A stretch of 64,000 nt of DNA from Sulfuricurvum sp. MLSB (GCF_000747095.1 NZ_JQGL01000144.1:1758-65757), one strand, 5' to 3'; shown: positions 49,229 through 57,933, counted from the stretch's first letter. Program-made: numbers and translations. Notes: generated by a model from the letters alone, not told the origin.

Positions 49229-49264
49229 GTGGCTGGCTACTGGCTTATGTGCGGTGGCTGGCTA
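49229..49264. repeat. Direct repeat GTGGCTGGCTA x2 (25-bp period) with a partial third copy between
   Basis: Copies at 49229-49239 and 49254-49264 are identical, with TGGCTTA at 49241-49247. The repeat lies in the predicted 5' UTR of the 46924-49206 receptor. Confidence 0.7.
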
Positions 49265-49288
49265 AAATTAAAGCTTAGAAAGAATATT

Positions 49289-49307
49289 AATAATTACTTT
49301 CATTTTC
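49289..49307 (-). promoter_or_regulatory. Fur-box-like site
   Basis: The minus strand reads GAAAATGAAAGTAATTATT, matching 14 of 19 positions of GATAATGATAATCATTATC. It sits immediately downstream of the -10 box. Confidence 0.5.
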
Positions 49308-49310
49308 AGA

Positions 49311-49339
49311 AATATAGCAAAACACCCTCTTTTTGTCAA
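49311..49339 (-). promoter_or_regulatory. Sigma-70-type promoter TTGACA-17-TATATT for the siderophore receptor operon
   Basis: The minus strand reads ATATTGACAAAAAGAGGGTGTTTTGCTATATTTCTG. Confidence 0.6.
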
Positions 49340-49402
49340 TATTAATAAGCGATATTATTTATATTAGATGCTGTTTTTCAGTTTTATTATAGATAAGGGC
49401 GA

Positions 49403-51439
49403 TTACCAGCGCCCTTCGAGTGTGATGAGAATGTGCGGTTCAGAGTTGACACGATCCGTTTGGGTTTCCACAAGCGAGCCCGAAGCATACCGTTTCGTCG
49501 TCGTTTCAATCGTTGTTCCGGTCAGATTTTTGAGGTTCACTCCGGTTTTGAACGTCGAATCAAGCCGCTTGGTTGCATACAGATCCAAGGTTCCGTACCC
49601 TTTTTGCGATTCGGCTATGCCGTTCTCGTCCATCGGATCGTCATACCCCCCGACGTAACGGTATGCCGCTCCGTACGTGAGCCGGTAAACGCTCAAAGTA
49701 TGGTCGATACCGACGTTGTAGAGATAATCGTTCGTCGCTTTGATCGGACGCTTGGAATCATTCAGAGTAAGGGAGGAATTTTGAAACGTCGCGTTCCCGA
49801 AAACTCCCAATCCGTTCACAAAGCCGCTCAACGATTTTTTCAGTTCGAGTTCAATACTCCACAATTTTGCTTCTCCCGCATTATAAGGACGTTCGACATA
49901 ACGTCCGCCTTCCAGCGTGGTCAGTTTTTCAATCTTATCATCAATAACACGGTAAAATCCGCCGATGCTGACGATCCCCTTGTCCTCGAAGAAATGTTCA
50001 TAACGCACTTCGTAACTGAGCGCTTTTTCTTCTTTGAGGTTGGTGTTTCCGCCAACATCGGGATGATTCAAATCATTGAGTTCCAACGAACTGTCAACAG
50101 TGTCGGAGAGTTCATCCAAACGCGGCAATTTGACCGTTTTGGCAATGCTGGCACGAATATTGTCATTCGACGTCAGCCGATAAAGCAAATGCATGGATGG
50201 GGCAAAATAATCCAGATGGGACGATGCGCCGAAATCTCGGGACACGTATTCGTATCGGATTCCCGGAGTTAAAATCGTATTCTCTCCGACACTGATCTCG
50301 TCTTGTCCGTACAGCGAACTTTTGTCCTGCCGCAGACGCTGATGCTCATTCGAGGTTTCGATGCCGCTGTTCAGGATGCGGATATCCTCTTGTTGGGTAA
50401 GACGTTTGAGTTCCGCGCCTGTTTTGATGAAATGCTCACCCTGCGCACGCGAATAACTCCCTTCCGCTCCCATAACGCGAAACAGACTCTCATCGTATTG
50501 AAGCTGGGTGCCGGAACGGTTCTCGCCGTCCGAATCGTTTTGGTGATATTTGAGCTTCCACTCCGCAAGCTCCGTCCCCGAGATATGGTGCTGACCCGAA
50601 AGTTTCGTCCAAAGCATAACCCCATCGCTCTCATCACGATTGTGGATAACATTGCCGAGGATTCCGTTCGTATAAATGCGCTCGTCGGAGGAGCTTTTAG
50701 CATCGTTTAATCCTAACGACGCATCAAACCCGTATTTTGTTTTCGCGTTCGGAGCGTAGATCAGCTTGGTGTTCAGGCTCAGCGCACGGAAACGTCCCTC
50801 TTCGTCGGTTATTTTCTCCGAAACCGATGGAGGTTCGTCAATATGCGTAGACGAATCGTCTTTGTGAGTGTTATCGGCATAGGTAGCGTTGAACAGATAC
50901 GAAAGATCACCGTTTTTCCCCTCCCGTTGAGCGAATACCGAAGCCATCGGCTGTTCATTGTAGATGCCTCCGGTCACTTTTGCGATCGTTTTCCCCTCGG
51001 ATGCAGGCTTTTTTAGTACGATATTAACGATCCCCCCCATCGCTTCGGCCGTGTATTCGGCCGAACCGTTGGTCATCACCTCGATCCTCTCAATCATATC
51101 GGGAGATATCTGTTCAAGCGGGCTGCCCCGCCGCTTCGAAGTAGCCGATACTTCTTCTCCGTCTACGAGGACTTTCGTGTACCCTTTGCCGGGAGAACCT
51201 TTTTTGCCTTTCCCCTCCGGGATCGTTACGCCGGGCGTACGCTTCAATACCTCAAGCGCATTCATATCGCCGTACTGGGTCAGTTCTTCGCCTTTGATAA
51301 TTCGCTTTGCAATCGAGTTCTCTTTGCGTTCTTCAATGACGCTGTAGTGATCTTCGACTTCGATTTTATCGAGCTGAAGTATTTCCTGTGCGCAAATAAG
51401 TGAAAAAGTACAGGTGTAAAGGATAAGGGGACGTAGCAA
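49403..51439 (-). CDS. TonB-dependent receptor (haem/other iron complex type, by context)
   Basis: 678 aa with a TTG start and AAGGAA RBS. It has a plug (GEELTQYGDMNALEVLKRTPGV) and a barrel ending ...ITLEGRW. It lies downstream of hemP. Confidence 0.9.
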   Translation of the reverse strand: MLRPLILYTCTFSLICAQEILQLDKIEVEDHYSVIEERKENSIAKRIIKGEELTQYGDMNALEVLKRTPGVTIPEGKGKKGSPGKGYTKVLVDGEEVSATSKRRGSPLEQISPDMIERIEVMTNGSAEYTAEAMGGIVNIVLKKPASEGKTIAKVTGGIYNEQPMASVFAQREGKNGDLSYLFNATYADNTHKDDSSTHIDEPPSVSEKITDEEGRFRALSLNTKLIYAPNAKTKYGFDASLGLNDAKSSSDERIYTNGILGNVIHNRDESDGVMLWTKLSGQHHISGTELAEWKLKYHQNDSDGENRSGTQLQYDESLFRVMGAEGSYSRAQGEHFIKTGAELKRLTQQEDIRILNSGIETSNEHQRLRQDKSSLYGQDEISVGENTILTPGIRYEYVSRDFGASSHLDYFAPSMHLLYRLTSNDNIRASIAKTVKLPRLDELSDTVDSSLELNDLNHPDVGGNTNLKEEKALSYEVRYEHFFEDKGIVSIGGFYRVIDDKIEKLTTLEGGRYVERPYNAGEAKLWSIELELKKSLSGFVNGLGVFGNATFQNSSLTLNDSKRPIKATNDYLYNVGIDHTLSVYRLTYGAAYRYVGGYDDPMDENGIAESQKGYGTLDLYATKRLDSTFKTGVNLKNLTGTTIETTTKRYASGSLVETQTDRVNSEPHILITLEGRW

Positions 51440-51454
51440 TAAGATTCCTTGGAC

Positions 51455-51473
51455 ACGGCACTTGCCGTGCCGT
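51455..51473 (-). other. 7-bp GC-rich hairpin between the hemP stop and the receptor SD
   Basis: ACGGCAC-N5-GTGCCGT abuts the hemP stop codon. It has no U tract. Confidence 0.5.
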
Positions 51474-51629
51474 CTATTTGGTGAGGATCAGTTTATTACC
51501 CTTGGTAATTCGTAATACATAGACATCATTACCGTGGACAATTTTGATCGAGATGCTGTCTTTGAACAGCTCTTTGGACTCAATAACGATGTTATTATAC
51601 TCTGTTGAGGATGAGCTTTCAGCAACCAT
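51474..51629 (-). CDS. hemP: HemP-family small hemin-uptake protein (51 aa)
   Basis: Too short for the ORF track, so it was hand translated: MVAESSSSTEYNNIVIESKELFKDSISIKIVHGNDVYVLRITKGNKLILTK. AGGAG lies 5 nt upstream. The C-terminal I.H.G..Y.LR.T..GKLILTK pattern is the HemP hallmark. Confidence 0.75.
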   Translation of the reverse strand: MVAESSSSTEYNNIVIESKELFKDSISIKIVHGNDVYVLRITKGNKLILTK

Positions 51630-51701
51630 TGAATCTCCTAACATGGGCAACCTTTACTTAGAAGGCGATGAATAAAGGTCTTGGGAGAAACAGTTTTGGG
51701 T

Positions 51702-52043
51702 TCATTTGTTTGCATTAGATATCTCCTGATGACTGCTTTGGTAGCTGTTGCTACGGATAATACCTTCGACCATCTGCCGGATCTGGCATTCGCTGCATCC
51801 GCTGAGCCCTTTGACGCACAAGAACGGAATGTCGCATTTTTTGGCTTCCCGTTTGAAATGGTTCATTGAATTATGTTTCAAAAAATCGGTCAGCATAACA
51901 ACCATGTCCGTATTTTGAGGAAGCTGTTTATGGGATGTAGAATTTCGACGACTGTCCCAATGATGCGTTTTAGTTGCTCCCAGTGTCACTAACAATGCTT
52001 GAAGCCGCGTGATTTTATCGCCGCCTATGATAAGAACCGACAT
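51702..52043 (-). CDS. DUF2325-family protein (113 aa)
   Basis: MSVLIIGGD...DMVVMLTDFLKHNSMNHFKREAKKCDIPFLCVKGLSGCSEC matches the DUF2325 pattern as I remember it (IIGG ... D.vv..Td..sH ... ak...iP). AAGGA RBS present. Confidence 0.7.
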   Translation of the reverse strand: MSVLIIGGDKITRLQALLVTLGATKTHHWDSRRNSTSHKQLPQNTDMVVMLTDFLKHNSMNHFKREAKKCDIPFLCVKGLSGCSECQIRQMVEGIIRSNSYQSSHQEISNANK

Positions 52044-52058
52044 ACAATGTTCCTTTAT

Positions 52059-52073
52059 TGATAATTTATATCA
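52059..52073. promoter_or_regulatory. Fur-box-like 7-1-7 palindrome TGATAATtTATATCA
   Basis: Matches 13 of 15 positions of TGATAATnATTATCA. It lies 16 nt upstream of the DUF2325 start in the divergent intergenic region. Confidence 0.55.
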
Positions 52074-52103
52074 AAATACTACACTTCATATCCTTAAATA
52101 TTT

Positions 52104-52118
52104 ATGATATTGATAAAC
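52104..52118. promoter_or_regulatory. Second Fur-box-like site ATGATATTGATAAAC
   Basis: Tandem GATAWT hexamers in the same AT-rich divergent region. Confidence 0.45.
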
Positions 52119-52269
52119 AGTATCGTAAAGTATGCTTTATAATTTTTGATTTTTTCGTTATGATGATTGCACTATTCGTTTGTTTAACGCTATCTTCAAA
52201 GTTGAAGCGGAACGCGAATGCGGCTATCTGCACGGATTTGCTCCCTCTTTCGGGAATGAGGAGACAATT

Positions 52270-52419
52270 ATGAAAGAACTCTGCAAGCTCAACAAAAACG
52301 AGCTCACCGCCCATCTCAAAAAAATTATCAAAATCACTAAAAAGCCGAAATTTATTTGTACGAAATGCGCCCGCGCGGCAAAAGAAAAAAAGTATCTGTG
52401 CAGTCCGGAAAAGATGTAG
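52270..52419 (+). CDS. Lys-rich Cys4 miniprotein (49 aa), hypothetical
   Basis: MKELCKLNKNELTAHLKKIIKITKKPKFICTKCARAAKEKKYLCSPEKM. ATG 52270 has GAGGAG 6 nt upstream, and a perfect terminator lies downstream. The track ORF starts at TTG 52180 with no support. Confidence 0.5.
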   Translation: MKELCKLNKNELTAHLKKIIKITKKPKFICTKCARAAKEKKYLCSPEKM

Positions 52420-52493
52420 AAGAAAGGAATGTGCCCACAGACTCTTTGAAGTGTGAAAAAAAAGAAGGAGTGAGCACTGGCGGAATTATACAC

Positions 52494-52532
52494 GATAAAA
52501 CTTATCGGATAGATAAGTTTTATCTTTATTTT
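52494..52532. terminator. Bidirectional rho-independent terminator
   Basis: Perfect 13-bp stem GATAAAACTTATC-ggata-GATAAGTTTTATC followed by TTTATTTT. It lies between the convergent miniprotein and rhodanese genes. Confidence 0.7.
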
Positions 52533-52549
52533 GGAGTCGGAAGTTCTGT

Positions 52550-53434
52550 TTATTTCGAAAACATCTCGTAACGGTACTGCGTCATCGGGGTCTCTTCGCG
52601 GTTACCCCACTCTTTCATCGAAGCATCGTACAATCGGACGTTTTTATACCCCAATACGCCGCTGAGGACGAAATAGTTATACGACGTCTCAAGTCCCCCG
52701 GTACAATAGACAAGCACCTCCTTGTTCTTATCGAGCTTGTACCCCTCTTTGAACACCGATTCAAGCGTCGCTTTGGGTTTGAGAAGGTAGTCTTTGTCTA
52801 CCGAATAGTTCCATGAATAACTCATACCGCCTTTGATGTGGCCGTTGCGTTTTACCGTCGGGGTCGGAGTGATCCCCAGATACATATCGCTTGGACGGGC
52901 ATCGATCATCGGAAGCTTTCCGAGTTTACTCTTTACATAGCCGATATCGGCGATTTTGGATGCATCGGGATTGGCCTTGAAAGCCGTAGGGGCGATCTTG
53001 CTCTCCTCGGAGGTCAGCGGCAACTGAGCATTTTTCCATGCTTTGATCCCACCGTCGAGGATTCCGACATTTTTAATACCGTGATAGTTTAAGGCCCAGT
53101 AGATGTAGCTCGTTTTGAGCAAATCTTTCGGTTCGTTGATCGGAGCGTACAAAACGACTTCCGTAGAGCTGTCGATGCCCAGACGGCGAATTTCTTTTTC
53201 GATCTCGCTTACAGGACGTATGGAAAGAAACGTTCCGTTATCAAAACGCCATGCGCCGATACTCGTGTGGGCAGCGCCGGGGATATGTTCCAGTGTATAA
53301 CTGTCCCCGTCGGAGACTTCAACGACACGTACGGATGGATTATTCAGATGCGCACCGAGCCATTTGGCGTTCGTTAACGGCTCGACCGCCAACAGTGAGA
53401 GCGCAGCGGCCATCAAGGCAAACACTATTTTCAT
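52550..53434 (-). CDS. Periplasmic two-domain rhodanese-like sulfurtransferase
   Basis: Signal peptide MKIVFALMAAALSLLA and an active-site loop CTGGLETS in the C-terminal rhodanese domain. Confidence 0.85.
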   Translation of the reverse strand: MKIVFALMAAALSLLAVEPLTNAKWLGAHLNNPSVRVVEVSDGDSYTLEHIPGAAHTSIGAWRFDNGTFLSIRPVSEIEKEIRRLGIDSSTEVVLYAPINEPKDLLKTSYIYWALNYHGIKNVGILDGGIKAWKNAQLPLTSEESKIAPTAFKANPDASKIADIGYVKSKLGKLPMIDARPSDMYLGITPTPTVKRNGHIKGGMSYSWNYSVDKDYLLKPKATLESVFKEGYKLDKNKEVLVYCTGGLETSYNYFVLSGVLGYKNVRLYDASMKEWGNREETPMTQYRYEMFSK

Positions 53435-53562
53435 TTTTGTTCCTTTGGAAAAAATTCCTCAATAGTAGAAGCTTTTCACTTAAAGGATAATTTTTTTCCT
53501 TTGTTAATTTTCGATTCACATAATTTACTTTTCTGTTACCGAAAACGGACTATTATGACAGT

Positions 53563-54771
53563 ATGAAACACGCGTACTTTATTTTCCTTGCATCTTTGCT
53601 GGCATTGAACAGTTGGGCGGAGGATTCCGTCTCTTTGCTTTCCGAAGAAAAACAGACAATTTTGCGTCTGCAAAAAGAGGTCTACGATGCCGAACATGAA
53701 AAACTTCGCACCAACTGGATCGCTCCGCTAAATCTGGAGGGCAGCTACAGTTTTGACAAAAGTGCGCAGGGAGATTACCGCAGTACAACCGAAAACGTCT
53801 CTGCCTCCATTAATCAGGATATTTTCCGCTCCGGCGGAATCACCTATCAGATCGCTTACGCCGATGCCAAAAAAGAGCGGGAAACTCTCTCGAGGCTTAA
53901 AGAAATCGCCAACCTCAACGAACAGCTTTTTACCGTCTTGCTGAGTTACCGAAAAACGCTTTATCAAAAAGAGCAGAGCCTGCAAAAGCTCAAAAATTAC
54001 GAAATCGAAATTTTCATCAAACGCCAACTCTTTGAAGCGGGAAAAGCCGACATCACCGAACTCAATAATGCGTTGATGGACAAGAGTACCGAACTTAAAA
54101 ATCTCGTCTCGCTTGAATACACGATGGCCGAACAACGCTTCGAAATTGCCAAGATCAGCGATGTGGATCCCGCATCGTTTGAGCTGCCGCGCTTTGAGCT
54201 GATCGATGAAAAATCGTATATGGACGGTCAGTTCGATCTGCGCTACACGCATGCCAACACCCGAACCCTGCGTTACTCGTACGATGTCACTACGACCGAT
54301 TACCTCCCCTCCGTTGCTCTAAACGCTGCATTAGGGTACCAAAACTACGATCCGATCAACCGCGCAGGCGATTATGACGGCCGTTATTACAGTACGGGCG
54401 TATCCGTTACGCTTCCGCTGACGTACAACGCATCCGCCGCCATCCAGGAAGCAAAAGCGACCTATCTCAAAGAAGCGGCGGCAGCAGCCGACAAACAACG
54501 TGAAATCAGAGCCGGATACGCGCAATCGATAGAGAAAATCAAAAGCTACCGTTCAGCAATTGCCATCACGAACCAAAACCTCTTGCTTTATGAGGATTTG
54601 ATCAAAGCGATCCGTTCGGGGGTCGATGCGGGGACAAAAACCGGATACGACCTGCAAACCCTCCAAAATTCCAAAACCATTGAGGAATACGATCTCAAGA
54701 TCAATGAGATCAACATACAAATCGAACTGGCCAAACTCCATTTTTCTCTCAAACCTTCCAAGGACCTGTGA
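53563..54771 (+). CDS. TolC-family outer-membrane efflux protein
   Basis: Signal peptide and two OEP repeats (long coiled helices with a Leu/Ala/Gln-rich heptad pattern). Confidence 0.85.
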   Translation: MKHAYFIFLASLLALNSWAEDSVSLLSEEKQTILRLQKEVYDAEHEKLRTNWIAPLNLEGSYSFDKSAQGDYRSTTENVSASINQDIFRSGGITYQIAYADAKKERETLSRLKEIANLNEQLFTVLLSYRKTLYQKEQSLQKLKNYEIEIFIKRQLFEAGKADITELNNALMDKSTELKNLVSLEYTMAEQRFEIAKISDVDPASFELPRFELIDEKSYMDGQFDLRYTHANTRTLRYSYDVTTTDYLPSVALNAALGYQNYDPINRAGDYDGRYYSTGVSVTLPLTYNASAAIQEAKATYLKEAAAAADKQREIRAGYAQSIEKIKSYRSAIAITNQNLLLYEDLIKAIRSGVDAGTKTGYDLQTLQNSKTIEEYDLKINEINIQIELAKLHFSLKPSKDL

Positions 54772-55991
54772 TGAACCCTTCTACCGATACGATCGAAAAT
54801 ACCCTTGGCCTCAATGCCGCTGCCAAACGTCCGCTGAAAAAATATCTCATCGTTTTAGCGGTTATTCTGTTGCTCCTCGGGGCCGGTGTCTGGGTATGGA
54901 CTCAGAACAACAGCCGATCCGAAATCGAGTACGTCACCGCACCCGTCGACATCAAAACACTGACGACAACCGTTTCGGCAACCGGGAACCTCGAGCCCAC
55001 CAATACCGTCGAAGTAGGAATCGAAGTCTCCGGCACGATTGAAGACGTTTTGGTCGACTACAACGACCGGGTCAAAACAGGACAGGTCATGGCACGGCTC
55101 GATACGACAAAACTGCTCTCGGCCATGACCGGTTCCAGAGCCGCGTTAGCCCGATACCGGGCAAATATCGCCGAAGCCGAAGCATCTTATCTGAATGCCA
55201 AAAACGAATGGGAACGGGTGCGAAAAATGTCCGCAGCGACACAGGACAACTACCCTTCGCGTCAGGAAATGGACAATGCCCGCACGTCAATGGAGAAAAG
55301 CGCGGCCCAGGTTTCCGCCGCTAAAGCGCAGGCCGATCAGGCATCGGCCGAACTGAAAACCGACGAAGAGAATATCCGCAAAGCAACCGTTGTTTCCCCG
55401 GTGGACGGCATCGTATTGGAGCGCAAAGTCGAACCGGGACAAACCGTCGTAGCGTCGATGCAGACTCCGGTGCTGTTTACGATGGCCGAAGACCTGACCG
55501 TCATGCAGGCAATCGTCAGCGTCGACGAAGCCGACATTGGGGAAGTCAGAGAAAACCAGAAGGTAGAATTTTCCGTCGATGCTTACCCTAACCGTACCTT
55601 TTCAGGCACCATCACCCAGTTGCGCCTGAATTCACAAATCGTAAACGGTGTCGTCACGTACGATGCCGTTGTAACCGTCGAGAACAAAGACCTTTTGCTC
55701 CGGCCGGGAATGACGGTTACCGCACGCATTGTTACCGGCATGTACGGCAATCAGCTGAGCATTCCCAATGCCGCTTTGCGTTTTACTCCTCCCTCGGAAA
55801 AAGACAACGGCGTAAAAAAAGCGAAAACGATGACCGATAACACCCTCCGACACGTCTGGGTATTACGTGAAGGAACACCGGTAAAAATACCACTCAAAGT
55901 CTCCCGAACCGACGGCTCGTCAACCGCCGTCACCCAGACATCGCTCGTCAAAGGCGACAGGGTGATCATCGGCACGAAAGAGGCACAATAA
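54768..55991 (+). CDS. Efflux periplasmic adaptor (HlyD/MacA family)
   Basis: N-terminal anchor, a lipoyl-like domain (TVSATGNLEP ... GQVMARLD), a coiled-coil hairpin and a beta-barrel domain. Confidence 0.88.
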   Translation: MMNPSTDTIENTLGLNAAAKRPLKKYLIVLAVILLLLGAGVWVWTQNNSRSEIEYVTAPVDIKTLTTTVSATGNLEPTNTVEVGIEVSGTIEDVLVDYNDRVKTGQVMARLDTTKLLSAMTGSRAALARYRANIAEAEASYLNAKNEWERVRKMSAATQDNYPSRQEMDNARTSMEKSAAQVSAAKAQADQASAELKTDEENIRKATVVSPVDGIVLERKVEPGQTVVASMQTPVLFTMAEDLTVMQAIVSVDEADIGEVRENQKVEFSVDAYPNRTFSGTITQLRLNSQIVNGVVTYDAVVTVENKDLLLRPGMTVTARIVTGMYGNQLSIPNAALRFTPPSEKDNGVKKAKTMTDNTLRHVWVLREGTPVKIPLKVSRTDGSSTAVTQTSLVKGDRVIIGTKEAQ

Positions 55992-56686
55992 TGCAAAACC
56001 GCCCCGAATCGGTCATCGAACTCAAAAACGTCGTAAAGTCCTACGGCGAGGGGGAAGCGACCGCCTACGCATTGCGGGGAGTCGACCTGCATATCAGGTC
56101 GGGAGAATTTGTTGCCATCATGGGGCCGAGCGGCTCGGGAAAATCGACGGCCATGAACATCATCGGCTGTCTGGACACCCCCTCTGAAGGGATCTACCGT
56201 TTCGAAGGAGTCGACGTCGGCGCCCTTTCACGCGATCAGCGCGCCCTGCTTCGGCGCAATTACATCGGATTTATCTTTCAGGGATTCAACCTGCTGGGAA
56301 AAACCTCGGCGGTCGAAAATGTCGAGCTTCCCCTTCTGTATCGCGGCTTTTCCGCCGACGTTCGCCGAGTCAAAGCGCTGGATGCACTCCGGAGCGTCGG
56401 ACTGGAGCATGTCGCGCACCATACTCCCGGAGAACTCTCCGGAGGACAGCAGCAGCGGGTCGCAATCGCACGTGCCATCGTCACCGATCCCCTTGTCCTC
56501 CTCGCCGACGAACCGACGGGAAACCTCGATACCGCCAGAAGCATCGAAGTGATGGAACTGCTCCGTTCGTTTAACCGCGACAAAGGGATCACAATCATTA
56601 TGGTCACCCACGAACACGATATGGCGCAATATGCCTCCCGCTCAATCCATTTTCGCGACGGCCTCATCGACGGAGCCCTGTTATGA
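55991..56686 (+). CDS. ABC transporter ATP-binding protein (MacB/LolD type)
   Basis: GPSGSGKST, LSGGQQQRVAIARA, LLADEPTGNLD. Confidence 0.92.
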   Translation: MQNRPESVIELKNVVKSYGEGEATAYALRGVDLHIRSGEFVAIMGPSGSGKSTAMNIIGCLDTPSEGIYRFEGVDVGALSRDQRALLRRNYIGFIFQGFNLLGKTSAVENVELPLLYRGFSADVRRVKALDALRSVGLEHVAHHTPGELSGGQQQRVAIARAIVTDPLVLLADEPTGNLDTARSIEVMELLRSFNRDKGITIIMVTHEHDMAQYASRSIHFRDGLIDGALL

Positions 56687-57894
56687 TCTGGAACGCCTTT
56701 ATCCTCGCTCTGCGAGAAATCCGCCGCAGCGCCATGCGCTCGATTCTCACCACATTGGGAATCGTCATCGGGGTAGCCTCGGTCATTGCGATGGTCATGC
56801 TCGGCGACGCGACGACGGCGTATGTCACGAACAGCATCTCGAAACTGGGAACCAACATGCTGATCATCATCCCCGGACAAGAAAGACGCGGCCCTCCCAG
56901 CAGCGACCTGACGGCCAAACGCTTCAGCCACAGCGACGTTGAGGCACTCAAACGGGAAGTCGACCGCATTCGCGGAGCCGCGCCGGTAGGATCCAATTCG
57001 ATGCAGGCGGTGTACGGCAATCAAAACTATTCGACAACGATCGAGGGAAGCGATAACGACTATTTTACGATCAAAGACTGGGTATTCGCTTCGGGCCGAA
57101 GCTTTTCAGAGGCCGAGCTTCAGGGGGGAAAAGCAGTCTGCGTCATCGGTGAAACGGTACGCCGCGAACTTTTCGGCGACCAAGACCCGATAGGAGAATC
57201 CGTACGGTTGGAAAATTTTTCGTGCGAAGTGATCGGGGTGCTGGAATCCAAAGGGGCCGCGATGTTCGGCATGGATCAAGACGACATCGTCGTCGTTCCG
57301 ATCCGAATGTTTCAACGCCGTATCAGCGGCAATCAGGACATATCGAGGATCATGGTATCGGCAGAGTCATCTTCCGCGATCGAAAATGTCAAAACGTCGA
57401 TCACCGCACTCATGCAGGAGCGGCGGCGGATCCAAGCCGGGGCAGAGGATGATTTCAGCATCCGTGACATGCGTGAAATGGTCCAAACCCTCTCTTCCAC
57501 GACGCAGATGCTCACCATTTTGCTGGGAGCCGTCGCTGCCATCAGCCTTTTGGTCGGAGGCATCGGCATTATGAACATCATGCTGGTCTCCGTCACCGAG
57601 AGGACTCGGGAGATAGGAATCCGCCTCGCGATCGGGGCTTTGGAGCGCGAAGTGCTGCTGCAGTTTCTCGTGGAGGCAATCGTCCTCTCCTCCCTTGGAG
57701 GGATCATCGGAGTCGTTCTGGGGATCGGTGTGGGGATCGGAATCAGCCTCTTTTTCGATCTTCCGCTGATTTTCAATACCTTCATCGTCATTGTCGCCTT
57801 TTTCTTTTCGGCCCTTGTCGGGATTCTCTTCGGTTATTTTCCTGCCCGAAAAGCGGCACGGCTCAATCCGATCGACGCTTTACGACATGAATGA
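56683..57894 (+). CDS. ABC transporter permease (FtsX/MacB type, 4 TM with large periplasmic domain)
   Basis: 403 aa with a MacB_PCD-like loop and a C-terminal FtsX helices motif (ERTREIGIRLAIGA). Confidence 0.9.
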   Translation: MIWNAFILALREIRRSAMRSILTTLGIVIGVASVIAMVMLGDATTAYVTNSISKLGTNMLIIIPGQERRGPPSSDLTAKRFSHSDVEALKREVDRIRGAAPVGSNSMQAVYGNQNYSTTIEGSDNDYFTIKDWVFASGRSFSEAELQGGKAVCVIGETVRRELFGDQDPIGESVRLENFSCEVIGVLESKGAAMFGMDQDDIVVVPIRMFQRRISGNQDISRIMVSAESSSAIENVKTSITALMQERRRIQAGAEDDFSIRDMREMVQTLSSTTQMLTILLGAVAAISLLVGGIGIMNIMLVSVTERTREIGIRLAIGALEREVLLQFLVEAIVLSSLGGIIGVVLGIGVGIGISLFFDLPLIFNTFIVIVAFFFSALVGILFGYFPARKAARLNPIDALRHE

Positions 57895-57933
57895 TTCGGA
57901 CGATATAGTCTTAACCAAAACAAAGGAGCATTT

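Noticed and set aside
49213-49330. Cobalamin or other riboswitch upstream of the TonB-dependent receptor.
   Set aside because: The predicted leader is only about 100 nt, far shorter than a cobalamin aptamer. No B12-box-like core was recognisable, and the GCCAGCCAC repeats do not match it.
52180-52269. Upstream extension of the miniprotein ORF (TTG 52180, 79 aa).
   Set aside because: There is no SD at 52180, the extension is hydrophobic or odd in composition, and GAGGAG sits at the correct distance from ATG 52270.
56278-57024. 248-aa minus-strand ORF across the macB ATPase/permease junction, and nested ORFs at 56228-56629 and 56664-57020.
   Set aside because: They are antisense to ABC genes with complete Walker/signature motifs and have an Arg-rich shadow composition.
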